NCBI GenBank assembly: GCA_044220955.1
Contig: JBGAQA010000029.1
Coordinates: 8,420 to 72,419, forward strand
Direction: 5' to 3'
Origin: Sandaracinaceae bacterium
Lineage (GTDB): Bacteria > Myxococcota_A > Polyangia > Polyangiales > Sandaracinaceae
DNA: 64,000 nt
Shown here one piece after another: positions 43,434 through 52,683 of the stretch. The notes under the pieces are model-generated. The model was given only the letters and a program-made list of their open reading frames with translations, had not been told where the DNA came from and did not search any database. Numbering within the stretch: position 1 is the first letter of the stretch; every line of letters begins with the position of its first letter. The position numbers and the translations under genes were made by a program.

Positions 43434-44147
43434 GTGGCCCGCCTGCTCATCGTGGAGGACGACCCCGCGATCGCGCTCCTCTTGCGCGATCACCTCGCGC
43501 GCGCCGGGCACGAGGTCACGCTCTCGCACGACGGGGTCGACGCGCTCGCGCGCGTGGACGGGCAGCTTCCCGACCTCGTCGTGCTCGACGTGATGCTGCC
43601 CGGTCGATCGGGGCTCGAGGTCTGCGCCGCGATCCGCCGCCGGCCGCCCCCGCAGCCGGTCGTGCTCATGCTGACCGCGCGCCAGAGCGAAGAGGATGCC
43701 GTGGCCGGCTTCGAGGCCGGCGCCGACGACTACGTTCGAAAGCCCTTCGGCGTGACGGAGCTCGTGCGGCGCGTCGAGGCGCTGCTCGTGCTCGGCCGCC
43801 GGCAGCAGCGGGCGGCCGCCGAGCCTCGGATCGCGATCGGCGCGCTCGTGATCGATCTCGGCGCGCGCGTCGTCTCCGTCTCGGGGAAGATGGTGCACCT
43901 GACGCCGAAGGAGCTCGACCTGCTCGCGCACCTCGCTCAGCGTCCGCGCGTCGTGATCGATCGCGAGACGCTGCTCTCGGACGTCTGGGGCTACCAGCAC
44001 GCGGGCTACGCGCGGACCGTGGACAGCCACGTCACACGCATCCGCAAGAAGCTCGCTGCCGCGGGGCTCCCCGGCGAGCTCATCACCACCATCCACGGAA
44101 GCGGCTACCGGCTCGACGCCGACCCGGGCAGCGAGGGGTCGCCGTGA
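43434..44147 (+). CDS. OmpR/PhoB-family response regulator
   Basis: IVEDD, VLDVMLPG, MLTAR, GADDYVRKPF, LTPKE, RTVDSHV..IRKK, TIHGSGY. Confidence 0.93.
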   Translation: MARLLIVEDDPAIALLLRDHLARAGHEVTLSHDGVDALARVDGQLPDLVVLDVMLPGRSGLEVCAAIRRRPPPQPVVLMLTARQSEEDAVAGFEAGADDYVRKPFGVTELVRRVEALLVLGRRQQRAAAEPRIAIGALVIDLGARVVSVSGKMVHLTPKELDLLAHLAQRPRVVIDRETLLSDVWGYQHAGYARTVDSHVTRIRKKLAAAGLPGELITTIHGSGYRLDADPGSEGSP

Positions 44148-45535
44148 AGCGGCTCTCGGTCCGCATCGGGCTGGCGATCCTCGGACTCGTCTTGTTCGTC
44201 ACCGTGGCGCAAGGGCTCGGGCTCGCGCTCGTCTTCCTCGAGCAGATCGGTGGCGTGCGCGAGCGGCTGGCAGAAGAGGGCTCGGCGCTCGCCCGGCTCG
44301 CCGTCGCGGACGGCGTGGACGACGCGACGCTCCGCCGAGAGCTCGGCCCTCTCGACCACCTCCGCGTGGGCGTCTACGACACGCAGGGGAGGCGCGTCAC
44401 GGCGAGCCGCGACGACCCGAGGATCCGCGAGCACCTCGACGCCGATCTGCGCCGCCGCGCGCGCGATCGGCGGGGGCTGCCCTACTACGTCACCCCGATC
44501 GAGCCGGGGGCGCCGACCGACTTCGTCGTGGCCGTCGACGAGGGGCGACGCTTCGTCACGTTCTACGAGGACTCGGCGCCCGAGGCGTTCCCGACGGCTC
44601 GCTCGCGAATCCTCGTGCTCGCGATGCTCGTCGCCGTCGCCATCGCCCTCGCGCTGACGTTCGTCATCGCCCGCCGCGTGCGCACGGCGATCCAGACGAC
44701 CGAGCACGCGGTGCGACGGATGGCCGCCGGCGATCTCGCGGCGCGTCTGCCGGCGAGCGGGGACGACGAGCTCGGCTCGCTCGTGCGCGACTTCAACGCG
44801 ATGGCCGAGAAGCTCGAGGGCGAGGCGGAGCGGCGCAAGGCGCTCTTCGCCGCGTTCACGCACGAGATCAACACGCCGCTCACCGCGGTGCTCGGCTACC
44901 TCGAGTCGCTGCGCATGCCCGAGGTGGACGCCGACGTCGCGACGCGAAGGCGCTACGTCGAGGTCGCGTTCGAGCAGGCCCGGCAGCTCGACACGCTCGC
45001 CGACGACCTCACGACGCTGTCGCGGCTCGACTACGAAGGGCTCGCGCTCGACCGGGAGACGGTGGATCTGCGCCGTGTGGTCGAGGACGAGGTCGCCGCG
45101 CTCCGACCGCGCGCGGACGAGCGGAAGATCGAGCTCGGCATCGAGGGGGACGCAGCACGCTGCCCGCTCGATCGCACGCGCTTCGGGCAGGTCGTCAGGA
45201 TCGTCGTCGACAACGCGATCCGTCACGGCGCGGGTGGCACCGGCGTGCGAGTGCGGGTCGCGGTCGAGGGCCGATCCGCCGTGCTCGAGGTGATCGATCG
45301 CGGCGCCGGCATCCCCGCCGAGCACCTGCCGCGTCTCGGGACGCCCCTCTATCGCGTGGACCCGTCGCGCGCCCGGACGGGCGCGGGCGGCCGCGGGCTC
45401 GGCCTCGCGATCGCGCACGGCATCGTGAAGGCGCACGGCGGCACGCTCGAGATCGCGTCGCAGGAGGGAGAGGGAACCCGCGTCCGCGTGGTCGTCCCGA
45501 CCGCTCTCGACGATCAGGAGACGAAGCTGGCCTGA
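44144..45535 (+). CDS. HAMP-domain sensor histidine kinase
   Basis: GTGA overlap with the regulator; two TM segments; DELG.L..DFN.M; THEINTPL; NAIRH, DRGAGI, GLGLAI. Confidence 0.92.
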   Translation: MKRLSVRIGLAILGLVLFVTVAQGLGLALVFLEQIGGVRERLAEEGSALARLAVADGVDDATLRRELGPLDHLRVGVYDTQGRRVTASRDDPRIREHLDADLRRRARDRRGLPYYVTPIEPGAPTDFVVAVDEGRRFVTFYEDSAPEAFPTARSRILVLAMLVAVAIALALTFVIARRVRTAIQTTEHAVRRMAAGDLAARLPASGDDELGSLVRDFNAMAEKLEGEAERRKALFAAFTHEINTPLTAVLGYLESLRMPEVDADVATRRRYVEVAFEQARQLDTLADDLTTLSRLDYEGLALDRETVDLRRVVEDEVAALRPRADERKIELGIEGDAARCPLDRTRFGQVVRIVVDNAIRHGAGGTGVRVRVAVEGRSAVLEVIDRGAGIPAEHLPRLGTPLYRVDPSRARTGAGGRGLGLAIAHGIVKAHGGTLEIASQEGEGTRVRVVVPTALDDQETKLA

Positions 45536-46698
45536 TAGTCGGGATCCTCGATGCCCGCCGCGGCCGGCGTGACGTCGAAGGGCTGGTAGCAGTCGAGCAT
45601 CACGGCCAGCTCGTCGGTCCGCGTGCTGCCGATGCTCTTCTCGTAGCTGCCCGGGTGCGGGCCGTGCGGGATGCCCGCGGGGTGCAGCGAGATCGAGCCA
45701 GGGCCCACGCCGCGCCGCGAGGTGAAGTTGCCCCGCACGTAGAAGAGGATCTCGTCCACGTCGACGCTCGAGTGCGGGTAGGGGCAGGGGATCGCCTCCG
45801 GGTGGAAGTCCGTGAGGCGCGGGACGAAGGAGCAGATGAGCGCGCCCCCTCGTGCGCCGCCGCCGGCCGCGAAGGTGCCGTGCCACGTCGGCGGCAGGTG
45901 GATCGAGCTGACGCGCGGCTGGAAGGCGAGGATCGGGAACGCCCAGGGCCACACGCTCCCGTCCCAGCCGACGACGTCGAGCGGGCTGTGGGGCACGGCG
46001 AAGTCGTGGAACCGATCGCGACGCTTGACGACGACGTGGCGGATGCCCTCGTCGAGCGGACCCCGGAACGAGGGCCGCACGAAGTCGCGGTGCGAGTAGG
46101 GCGCGTCCATGCGGAGCTGGCCCGTCTCGTTGCGGAACTGCTTGGGCAGATGGAGGCCCCCGCGGCACTCGATGGTGAGCCAGTGCTGCGGCTGGCCCGC
46201 TTCGAGGTCGAAGCGATGAACCAGCGCGCGCGGGACGAAGACGTAGTCGTCCTTCTGGAACGGCACGTCGCCGAGCATCGTGCGCAGCGTGCCGCCGCCC
46301 TCGTGCACGAAGATCAGCGTGTCGGCGTCGGCGTCGGCGAAGTAGACCGGATCGCTGCGATCGGGGTGCGCGACGCCGAGCACGATGTCGCCGTTGAAGA
46401 CGAGCGGCACGCGGGCGTCGATCGACGCGCCGCCCCTCGGCTCGGTGGTGCCCGTCTTGAAGTGGCGCTTCGCGAGCCGGCCGGGGCTCTCGCTCGGGTG
46501 CGCGTGCGGCGCGCGCCATCCGTGCGGCAGGTCCGCGAACGTCTGCTCGTGCGGGCGGTGCAGGTGGTAGGCGATCGTGTACGCCGCGTCGAACCCGTCC
46601 CGCGTGAAGCACTCCTCCCAGCGGAGCGCGCCGTCCGCGCCGCGAAGCTGCACGTGGTGCTTCTTCGGAACGTCTCCGAAGACGAGACGCTCGATCAC
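45514..46698 (-). CDS. hmgA: Homogentisate 1,2-dioxygenase
   Basis: HSPLDVVGWDG, IHLPPTWHGTF, PYPHSSVD.DE, HP.GIPHGPHPG, ELAVMLD; operon context. Confidence 0.92.
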   Translation of the reverse strand: MIERLVFGDVPKKHHVQLRGADGALRWEECFTRDGFDAAYTIAYHLHRPHEQTFADLPHGWRAPHAHPSESPGRLAKRHFKTGTTEPRGGASIDARVPLVFNGDIVLGVAHPDRSDPVYFADADADTLIFVHEGGGTLRTMLGDVPFQKDDYVFVPRALVHRFDLEAGQPQHWLTIECRGGLHLPKQFRNETGQLRMDAPYSHRDFVRPSFRGPLDEGIRHVVVKRRDRFHDFAVPHSPLDVVGWDGSVWPWAFPILAFQPRVSSIHLPPTWHGTFAAGGGARGGALICSFVPRLTDFHPEAIPCPYPHSSVDVDEILFYVRGNFTSRRGVGPGSISLHPAGIPHGPHPGSYEKSIGSTRTDELAVMLDCYQPFDVTPAAAGIEDPDYQASFVS

Positions 46699-47867
46699 GG
46701 AATCCGACCTTCCGATTCCTGCTGGCGCTCGATGCTCTCGAAGAGCGCGCGGAAGTTGCCCCCGCCGAACCCCTTGTCACCCTTGCGCTGGATGATCTCG
46801 TAGAAGAAGGGGCCTGCCTCGCGCTCGCGGTAGAGGCCGGCGGAGTCCTTCAGGAAGATCTGGAGCATGTACTCTCGCTCCTTCTCTCCGTCGACGAGGA
46901 TCTCGAGCTTCTGCAGCAGGTCGATCGGCTCGTCGATCTTCTTGACGCCGATCGCCTCGAGGCGCTTCGGGAGCATCTCGTAGTAGCTCGCCGGCGTGGG
47001 CATGAACTCCACCCCCCGCGCGCGCAGGCCCTCGACGCCCGTGAGGATGTCGCCGATGACGAGCGCCGCGTGCTGGATCCCGTCGCCCTTCTGGTCCTCG
47101 TAGAAGAGGTTGATCTGCGACGCCTTGAAGTGCGGGCGGAGCGGCTCGTTGTTGGCGAACTTCGCCTGCGAGCGCGGATCCCACATCACCGCCGAGCGCA
47201 GCCCGGAGCCCTTGCCGTGCTCGCTCGCGGCCTTCTTCTTCGAGACGTCGTTCGTGTGGAACTCGATGCCCCAGAAGCGCTCGAAGCCCATGACGTGCTC
47301 CATCCAGAGCAGCGCGGGCGCCATCGTCTCGAAGTTCGTCGTGACGTGATCGATGTGGCTGAACCCGAACGCGTTGGTGCCGCCGGCCTGCGCGGCCGCG
47401 CGGGGCACGCCCGGATAGAGGCCTCGGTACCGGTCGCGCTGGACGAACCGGAACGTCGAGCCGCCGAAGGGCGTCGTGATCGGGAACGAACGGAAGGTGC
47501 CGAAGTCGTCCTCCGTCGTGACGATGTCCGTGATGGGCGTGCCGCCGCGGCCGTCGAGGAGCCGGAACGCGTGCTCGATGTCCTCGACCTCGAAGATCAG
47601 CGAGCCGACGCCGTCGGGGTGCTTGCCGAGCCAGCGGGCGGCACGACCGTCGCTCCGCTCGCCGTCCGGGGCGCTGACGACGATGCGGACGTCGCTCGCC
47701 TCGAACACGGCGGACCTCTGGCGGCCGGCCTTCGTCAGCGCGGCGTCGCTCCCGCCGACCTCGGCGAGGTCGAACTTGCGCGTGTAGAAGCTGCGAGAGC
47801 GCTCGAGGTCGTGGACGTAGTAGTGCAGCGCTTCGAGACGGACGATGCGGAGGGACTCGATGGGCAT
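46695..47867 (-). CDS. hppD: 4-hydroxyphenylpyruvate dioxygenase
   Basis: HIDHV, GIQHAAL, LQIF, FFYEIIQRKG..GFGGGNFRALFESIE. Confidence 0.93.
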   Translation of the reverse strand: MPIESLRIVRLEALHYYVHDLERSRSFYTRKFDLAEVGGSDAALTKAGRQRSAVFEASDVRIVVSAPDGERSDGRAARWLGKHPDGVGSLIFEVEDIEHAFRLLDGRGGTPITDIVTTEDDFGTFRSFPITTPFGGSTFRFVQRDRYRGLYPGVPRAAAQAGGTNAFGFSHIDHVTTNFETMAPALLWMEHVMGFERFWGIEFHTNDVSKKKAASEHGKGSGLRSAVMWDPRSQAKFANNEPLRPHFKASQINLFYEDQKGDGIQHAALVIGDILTGVEGLRARGVEFMPTPASYYEMLPKRLEAIGVKKIDEPIDLLQKLEILVDGEKEREYMLQIFLKDSAGLYREREAGPFFYEIIQRKGDKGFGGGNFRALFESIERQQESEGRIP

Positions 47868-47881
47868 GGCTCTCGTGCTCT

Positions 47882-48538
47882 CTACTTCTCGGAGTCGGGC
47901 TGGCGATCGGGATGGGCCGCGAACACCCCGGGCAGCTTCGCGAGCGCCGCGTCGATCCGCGTGAGCGTGGGGAAGTGGTGCGCGACGTCGATCTCGAAGC
48001 GCCGCGCGGAGAAGAGCTGGGGTACGAGGCAGCAGTCGGCGAACGTCGGGTGATCCCCGACGCAGTACTCGCCGGCCGTCTCCTTCACGCGCTCCTCGAG
48101 CGCGCGCAGCCCGGACTCGTTGTAGTGGATCGCGTGCGCGCGTCCGGCGCCCTTCGCGAGGGCGTCGATTCGGGCCATCGGTCCCATGTTCTGGTGCGGC
48201 TGGATGCCCGCGTTCACCAGCTCCGCGAGCTCTCTCGCGCGCGCGCGGAGGTAGTGATCCTTCGGGAGCAGCGGGTGCGTCGGGAAGATCTCCTCGAGCA
48301 GCTCGAGGATGGCCATCGACTGCGCGACGACGCGGCGCTTCCCGTCGACCTCGAGCTCGATCGCGGGCACCTGCTCCATCGGGTTGCGCCCGTGGTGCTC
48401 GGCCGCCAGGTGCTCCTTCTTCACGATGTGCACCGGCACGTACTCGTAGCGCAGCTCTTTCAGGCCGAGCGCGATGCGCACGCGGTAGCTCGCCGAGCTA
48501 CGGAAGTAGTTGTAGAGGCGGATCGGGGCGTGGCTCAT
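47882..48538 (-). CDS. maiA: Maleylacetoacetate isomerase (GST zeta)
   Basis: LYNYFRSSASYRVRIAL.LK, GIQP.QN, AHPDRQPD. Confidence 0.93.
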   Translation of the reverse strand: MSHAPIRLYNYFRSSASYRVRIALGLKELRYEYVPVHIVKKEHLAAEHHGRNPMEQVPAIELEVDGKRRVVAQSMAILELLEEIFPTHPLLPKDHYLRARARELAELVNAGIQPHQNMGPMARIDALAKGAGRAHAIHYNESGLRALEERVKETAGEYCVGDHPTFADCCLVPQLFSARRFEIDVAHHFPTLTRIDAALAKLPGVFAAHPDRQPDSEK

Positions 48539-49509
48539 CGGACGACCTCCTGGTCGATGGTGCCGAAGAGGTCACTCTCCGCGGCGTCGGTCATCTGGAT
48601 GCGGACGCGGTCGCCGTACCCGAGGAAAGGCGTGATCGGCTTGCCGGTCGCGAGCGTCTCGCGCGTCCGGCGCTCGGCGAGGCACGAGACACCGCGCGCC
48701 GGGTCCTCGTTCGACACGGTGCCGCTGCCGACGATCGTCCCGGCGCCGAAGCGGCGCGTCCGGGCGATGTGCGCGACGAGGTCGAAGAAGGAGAAGTGCA
48801 TCTCCGGTCCGGCGTCCGGGTCGCCGACGAGCACCTCCTGCTCTCCGGCGCGCGTGAGCCAGGTGCGCAGACGCAGCAGCACGCGTCCGTCCTTCCACGC
48901 GGCGCCCAGCTCGTCCGGCGTGATCGCGAAGGGTGCGAACGCCGTCGCCGGCTTGCTCTGGAAGAAGCCGAAGCCCTTCTCGAGCTCGCCAGGCACGAGG
49001 TTGCGGAGCGTGACGTCGTTGACCAGCGTGACGAGCTTCACGTACTTCGATGCGTGTTCCTTCGTCGTGCCCTGCGGAACGTCCGCGAGGATCACCGCGA
49101 TCTCCGACTCGAAGTCGCAGCCCCAGCTCGGATCGGGGAGGCGGATGGGCTCGCGCGCGCCGAGCATGTCGGACGAGCCACCCTGGTAGACGAGCGGGTC
49201 GGTGCGCAGCGTCTTGGGCGGCTCGGCGCCGCGCGCCTTGCGGACGAGCACGATGTGGTTGATGTACGCGGAGCCGTCGACCCACTCGTAGGCGCGCGGC
49301 AGTGGCGCGGCGAGCGCAGCCGGGTCGAGCACCTCGCCCTTCGCCGCCTCCGGCCCGAGCGCGCGCAGCGCGGGCTCGCAGCGATCCCAGTCGTCGAGCG
49401 CGGCCTGCATCGTCGGGGCGACCGAGCCGGCGCGCACGAAGCGCGTGCCGTCGGGAGAGACGACGATCAGGCTTCCGTCGCGACCGCTGCGCAGGCTGGC
49501 GAGCTTCAT
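48535..49509 (-). CDS. fahA: Fumarylacetoacetate hydrolase family protein
   Basis: MKLASL..GRDG, PLPRAYEWVDGSAY, DFESE, NDVTLR, FGFFQSKP, GSGTVSN; first gene of the tyrosine catabolic operon. Confidence 0.88.
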   Translation of the reverse strand: MKLASLRSGRDGSLIVVSPDGTRFVRAGSVAPTMQAALDDWDRCEPALRALGPEAAKGEVLDPAALAAPLPRAYEWVDGSAYINHIVLVRKARGAEPPKTLRTDPLVYQGGSSDMLGAREPIRLPDPSWGCDFESEIAVILADVPQGTTKEHASKYVKLVTLVNDVTLRNLVPGELEKGFGFFQSKPATAFAPFAITPDELGAAWKDGRVLLRLRTWLTRAGEQEVLVGDPDAGPEMHFSFFDLVAHIARTRRFGAGTIVGSGTVSNEDPARGVSCLAERRTRETLATGKPITPFLGYGDRVRIQMTDAAESDLFGTIDQEVVR

Positions 49510-49622
49510 GGGGGTGCCGAGCATATGCGGGCACGCGCACGAAACGCAGCCTCGATCGCGAGAATTGTCACTTCTTTGACCACCGATCCGCCGACCGGTT
49601 ATCCGCGAGGTGGAGGCTCACC

Positions 49623-50171
49623 GTGCATCAGGACGTCCAGCTCACGCTCGCTGCTCTCTCGCTCACGCTCGCGGCCGCCGGCTGCTCGAGCACGCACGAG
49701 CCGGTCTCGGCCACGACGGGCGTGTACGCGCTGACGATCGCCGGAGAGGTGGACGCGTGCAGCCCGCTGCGCGCGACCGGGCCGATGGGCAGCGCGGGCA
49801 TCGTGCAGCACGGTGCGCTGATCACGCTGACCGCGCCGGATCCCACGACGAGCCTGCCGACGCTCGTGTCGCTGAACAGCGAGGCGAGCTTCTCCGACGA
49901 GCGCGTCACGACGCTCGATCCCTGCACCGGCGCGACGCTGACGCGCACCTACAGCGTGGTCGGCCACGACGGCGACGGGCTCGACGTCGCCTACACCGAG
50001 ACGTGGACGGGGATGAGCACCTGCGGGGCGGCGATGCGTTCGATCATGCCGGCCGCGCCCAGCCGTGACTGCCGAGCCGACCTCGTGATGCACTACCGCC
50101 TCGAGACGCCCTGCGCGGCGCCTTGCCAGCTCCGCCTCACGGTGGACGGCGGCGCCGCCTGCCAGTGCTGA
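49623..50171 (+). CDS. Small Cys-containing lipoprotein
   Basis: GGAGG RBS and GTG start; lipobox AAAGC. Confidence 0.65.
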   Translation: MHQDVQLTLAALSLTLAAAGCSSTHEPVSATTGVYALTIAGEVDACSPLRATGPMGSAGIVQHGALITLTAPDPTTSLPTLVSLNSEASFSDERVTTLDPCTGATLTRTYSVVGHDGDGLDVAYTETWTGMSTCGAAMRSIMPAAPSRDCRADLVMHYRLETPCAAPCQLRLTVDGGAACQC

Positions 50172-50184
50172 TAGACTCGACCGG

Positions 50185-50883
50185 GTGAGCGCGCTCGATC
50201 CGCGATCGATCACGGACGCGGAGTCGGTCCGAACGCTCGCGGGCACGCTCCGAGTGCTGATGTCGCGCCGCGGGCCGCGCGCGATCGCGGGCATCGCCGC
50301 GGCGAGCTGGGGAGCGCGCCTGGCCGCCGGCCCACTCGGTCCCCTCGACGCCGTGGCGGTGGGGGCGGCCATCGGCGTGTGGCCGATCCAGGAGTGGGTC
50401 GCGCACAAGTACCTGCTGCACCTGAAGCCGACGACGGTTCTCGGGCGCTCCTTCGATCCCTACTTCGCGCGCAAGCACCGCGACCACCACGTCACCCCGC
50501 GCGACGTCGACCTCACGCTGCTCCCCTTGCGCGTCATCCTCGGGGCGGCGCCGTTCACCGGCGGCGTGTGGCTGGGCGTCTTCGGCGCGCGGCGCGCGGC
50601 GCTCACGGCCATGGCGACGTACTCGACGATGGCCCTCGTCTACGAGTGGACGCACCTGCTCGTGCACACCGACTACCGGCCGACGTCCGAGCTCGCCAAG
50701 ACGGTGCGCCGCAACCACCGCCTGCACCACTTCCGCAACGAGAACTACTGGCTCGCCTTCACGATGCCCGTCGTCGACACGGTCTTCGGCACCGCGCCCG
50801 ATCCGGCGTCGGTCCCGCGCTCGAAGACGGCGATGGACCTGCACGGCCTGCGCGCCGCCGCGGAGCCGGCCCCGGACCGATGA
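50185..50883 (+). CDS. Fatty acid hydroxylase/sterol desaturase family protein
   Basis: His boxes HKYLLH, HRDHH, HLLVH, HRLHH. Confidence 0.87.
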   Translation: MSALDPRSITDAESVRTLAGTLRVLMSRRGPRAIAGIAAASWGARLAAGPLGPLDAVAVGAAIGVWPIQEWVAHKYLLHLKPTTVLGRSFDPYFARKHRDHHVTPRDVDLTLLPLRVILGAAPFTGGVWLGVFGARRAALTAMATYSTMALVYEWTHLLVHTDYRPTSELAKTVRRNHRLHHFRNENYWLAFTMPVVDTVFGTAPDPASVPRSKTAMDLHGLRAAAEPAPDR

Positions 50884-50942
50884 GGGGCTGAGCACGAGCG
50901 GCGTCGTCACGCGCAGGCTTTCGTGTACACTGTGGATCCGTA

Positions 50943-52661
50943 GTGACACAGACGATCTCCGGGAACACCACAGGCCTCGCTCCTTCCGACGTTCACGCGC
51001 TCGAGCGCCTCTCCCGACGACGCGTCCCCTTCGACCGACTCCTCACTCCCGAGCTCGCGCGCTCGATGGGCGAGATCAGCGCGGCCACGGGACGCCAGAT
51101 CGGCGTGCTCGTCACGCGGGGCGGCGAGATCGAGCACGTGGTCGTCGGCGACGCCACCAAGCTGATGCTCCCGGACCTCGGCCGCATGCGCGCGGCGCAC
51201 GGGCGCTTCCGTGGCCTGCGCCTGGTGCACACGCACCTCTCGCAGGAGGGCCTCACGCGCGACGATCTCGTCGACCTCACGCGCCTGCGCCTCGACCTCG
51301 TCGTCGCGATCTGCCTCACGCAAGACGGTCAGCCCACGACGATCCACTACGGGCACAACGTCCCGTCGATCGACCCGCGCACGCCGCCCTATCGCACCGT
51401 GGGCCCGATCCCCTACGGCAAGGAAGACGCGAGTCCGGCCGAGATCCTGAGCGAGCTGGAGGACGCGTTCGCGCGCGCGGCGCGCACGCAGGTCGTGAGC
51501 GGCAAGGACGGTCGCGCGATCCTGCTCCACGTGACCGACCGTGCGCACGCCGCGCACGCCGAGGACTCGCTCCGAGAGCTCGAGGATCTGGCCCGGACGG
51601 CCGGCGTCGCCGTCGTCGATCGGATCCTTCAGGTGCGCGACGCGATCGATCCCAGGTTCGTGATGGGTCGCGGCAAGCTGGACGAGGTGGTGCTCCGCTC
51701 GATGGCGCTCGACGCGAGCGTGCTGATCTTCGATCGCAACCTCTCACCCTCGCAGGCGGCGGCGGTCGCGGCGATCACCGACATGAAGGTGATCGATCGC
51801 TCGCAGCTCATCCTCGACATCTTCGCGCAGCGCGCCGAGAGCCGCGACGGCAAGCTCCAGGTCGAGCTCGCGCAGATGAAGTACCTGCTGCCTCGCCTCG
51901 GCCAGAAGGACGACTCGCTCTCGCGTCTCACGGGCGGCATCGGTGGGCGCGGGCCGGGCGAGACCGTCCTCGAGGTCGGAAAGCGCCGCGCACGCGAGAA
52001 GATCTCGCGCCTCGAGAGCGAGCTCCGGCACCTCGCCGTGCAGCGCAAGCAGCGCCGCCAGCGCCGACGCCGCCAGGAGATCCCGATCGTGTCGATCGTC
52101 GGGTACACGAACGCCGGCAAGAGCACGCTCCTCAACGCTCTCACGAACTCCGAGACGCTCGCCAAGGACGTCCTGTTCGCGACCCTGGACACCCGCTCGC
52201 GGCGGATCCGCTTCCCCGAGGAGCGCGAGGTCGTGATCACCGACACCGTCGGCTTCATCCGCGATCTTCCGAAGGACCTCTTCGCCGCGTTCCGCGCGAC
52301 GTTCGAGGAGGCCGAGGACGCCGATCTCCTGCTCCACGTCGTCGACGCGTCGGATCCGGCGATGGTGGACCACATCAAGACGACCGAGACCCTGCTCGGG
52401 GAGCTCGGCCTCGCCGGCAAGCCGACGCTCCTCGTGCTCAACAAGTGCGACCGCATCGATCCGCGCGACGCCGCGCGCCTCGCGTGGGAGCGTGATGCGG
52501 TCTCCGTCTCGGCGGTCGATCGCTCGACCTTGCGCGCGCTCCTCGAGCGCATGGCCGACGTGCTCTTCGACGGCAAGCGCGACGCGCTGCTCACGCGGAC
52601 ACAGGACGTGGCCGCTCCGGTCGAGGCCGACGTCGACGCTGGCGCGGCGGCGGCTTCTTGA
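50943..52661 (+). CDS. hflX: GTPase HflX (long N-terminal form)
   Basis: LILDIFAQRA, QVELAQ..Y.LPRL, GGRGPGET, GYTNAGKST, DTVGFI, NKCD. Confidence 0.95.
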   Translation: MTQTISGNTTGLAPSDVHALERLSRRRVPFDRLLTPELARSMGEISAATGRQIGVLVTRGGEIEHVVVGDATKLMLPDLGRMRAAHGRFRGLRLVHTHLSQEGLTRDDLVDLTRLRLDLVVAICLTQDGQPTTIHYGHNVPSIDPRTPPYRTVGPIPYGKEDASPAEILSELEDAFARAARTQVVSGKDGRAILLHVTDRAHAAHAEDSLRELEDLARTAGVAVVDRILQVRDAIDPRFVMGRGKLDEVVLRSMALDASVLIFDRNLSPSQAAAVAAITDMKVIDRSQLILDIFAQRAESRDGKLQVELAQMKYLLPRLGQKDDSLSRLTGGIGGRGPGETVLEVGKRRAREKISRLESELRHLAVQRKQRRQRRRRQEIPIVSIVGYTNAGKSTLLNALTNSETLAKDVLFATLDTRSRRIRFPEEREVVITDTVGFIRDLPKDLFAAFRATFEEAEDADLLLHVVDASDPAMVDHIKTTETLLGELGLAGKPTLLVLNKCDRIDPRDAARLAWERDAVSVSAVDRSTLRALLERMADVLFDGKRDALLTRTQDVAAPVEADVDAGAAAAS

Positions 52662-52683
52662 AACCACACGGGAGGGAACGAGT

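Noticed and set aside
45514..45535. 22-nt convergent overlap of the histidine kinase and hmgA 3' ends
   Set aside because: Short convergent overlaps are common in high-GC genomes; no sign of function.
50185..50883. Evidence for a sterol biosynthesis cluster
   Set aside because: A lone His-box family gene with no squalene epoxidase, oxidosqualene cyclase or CYP51 nearby.
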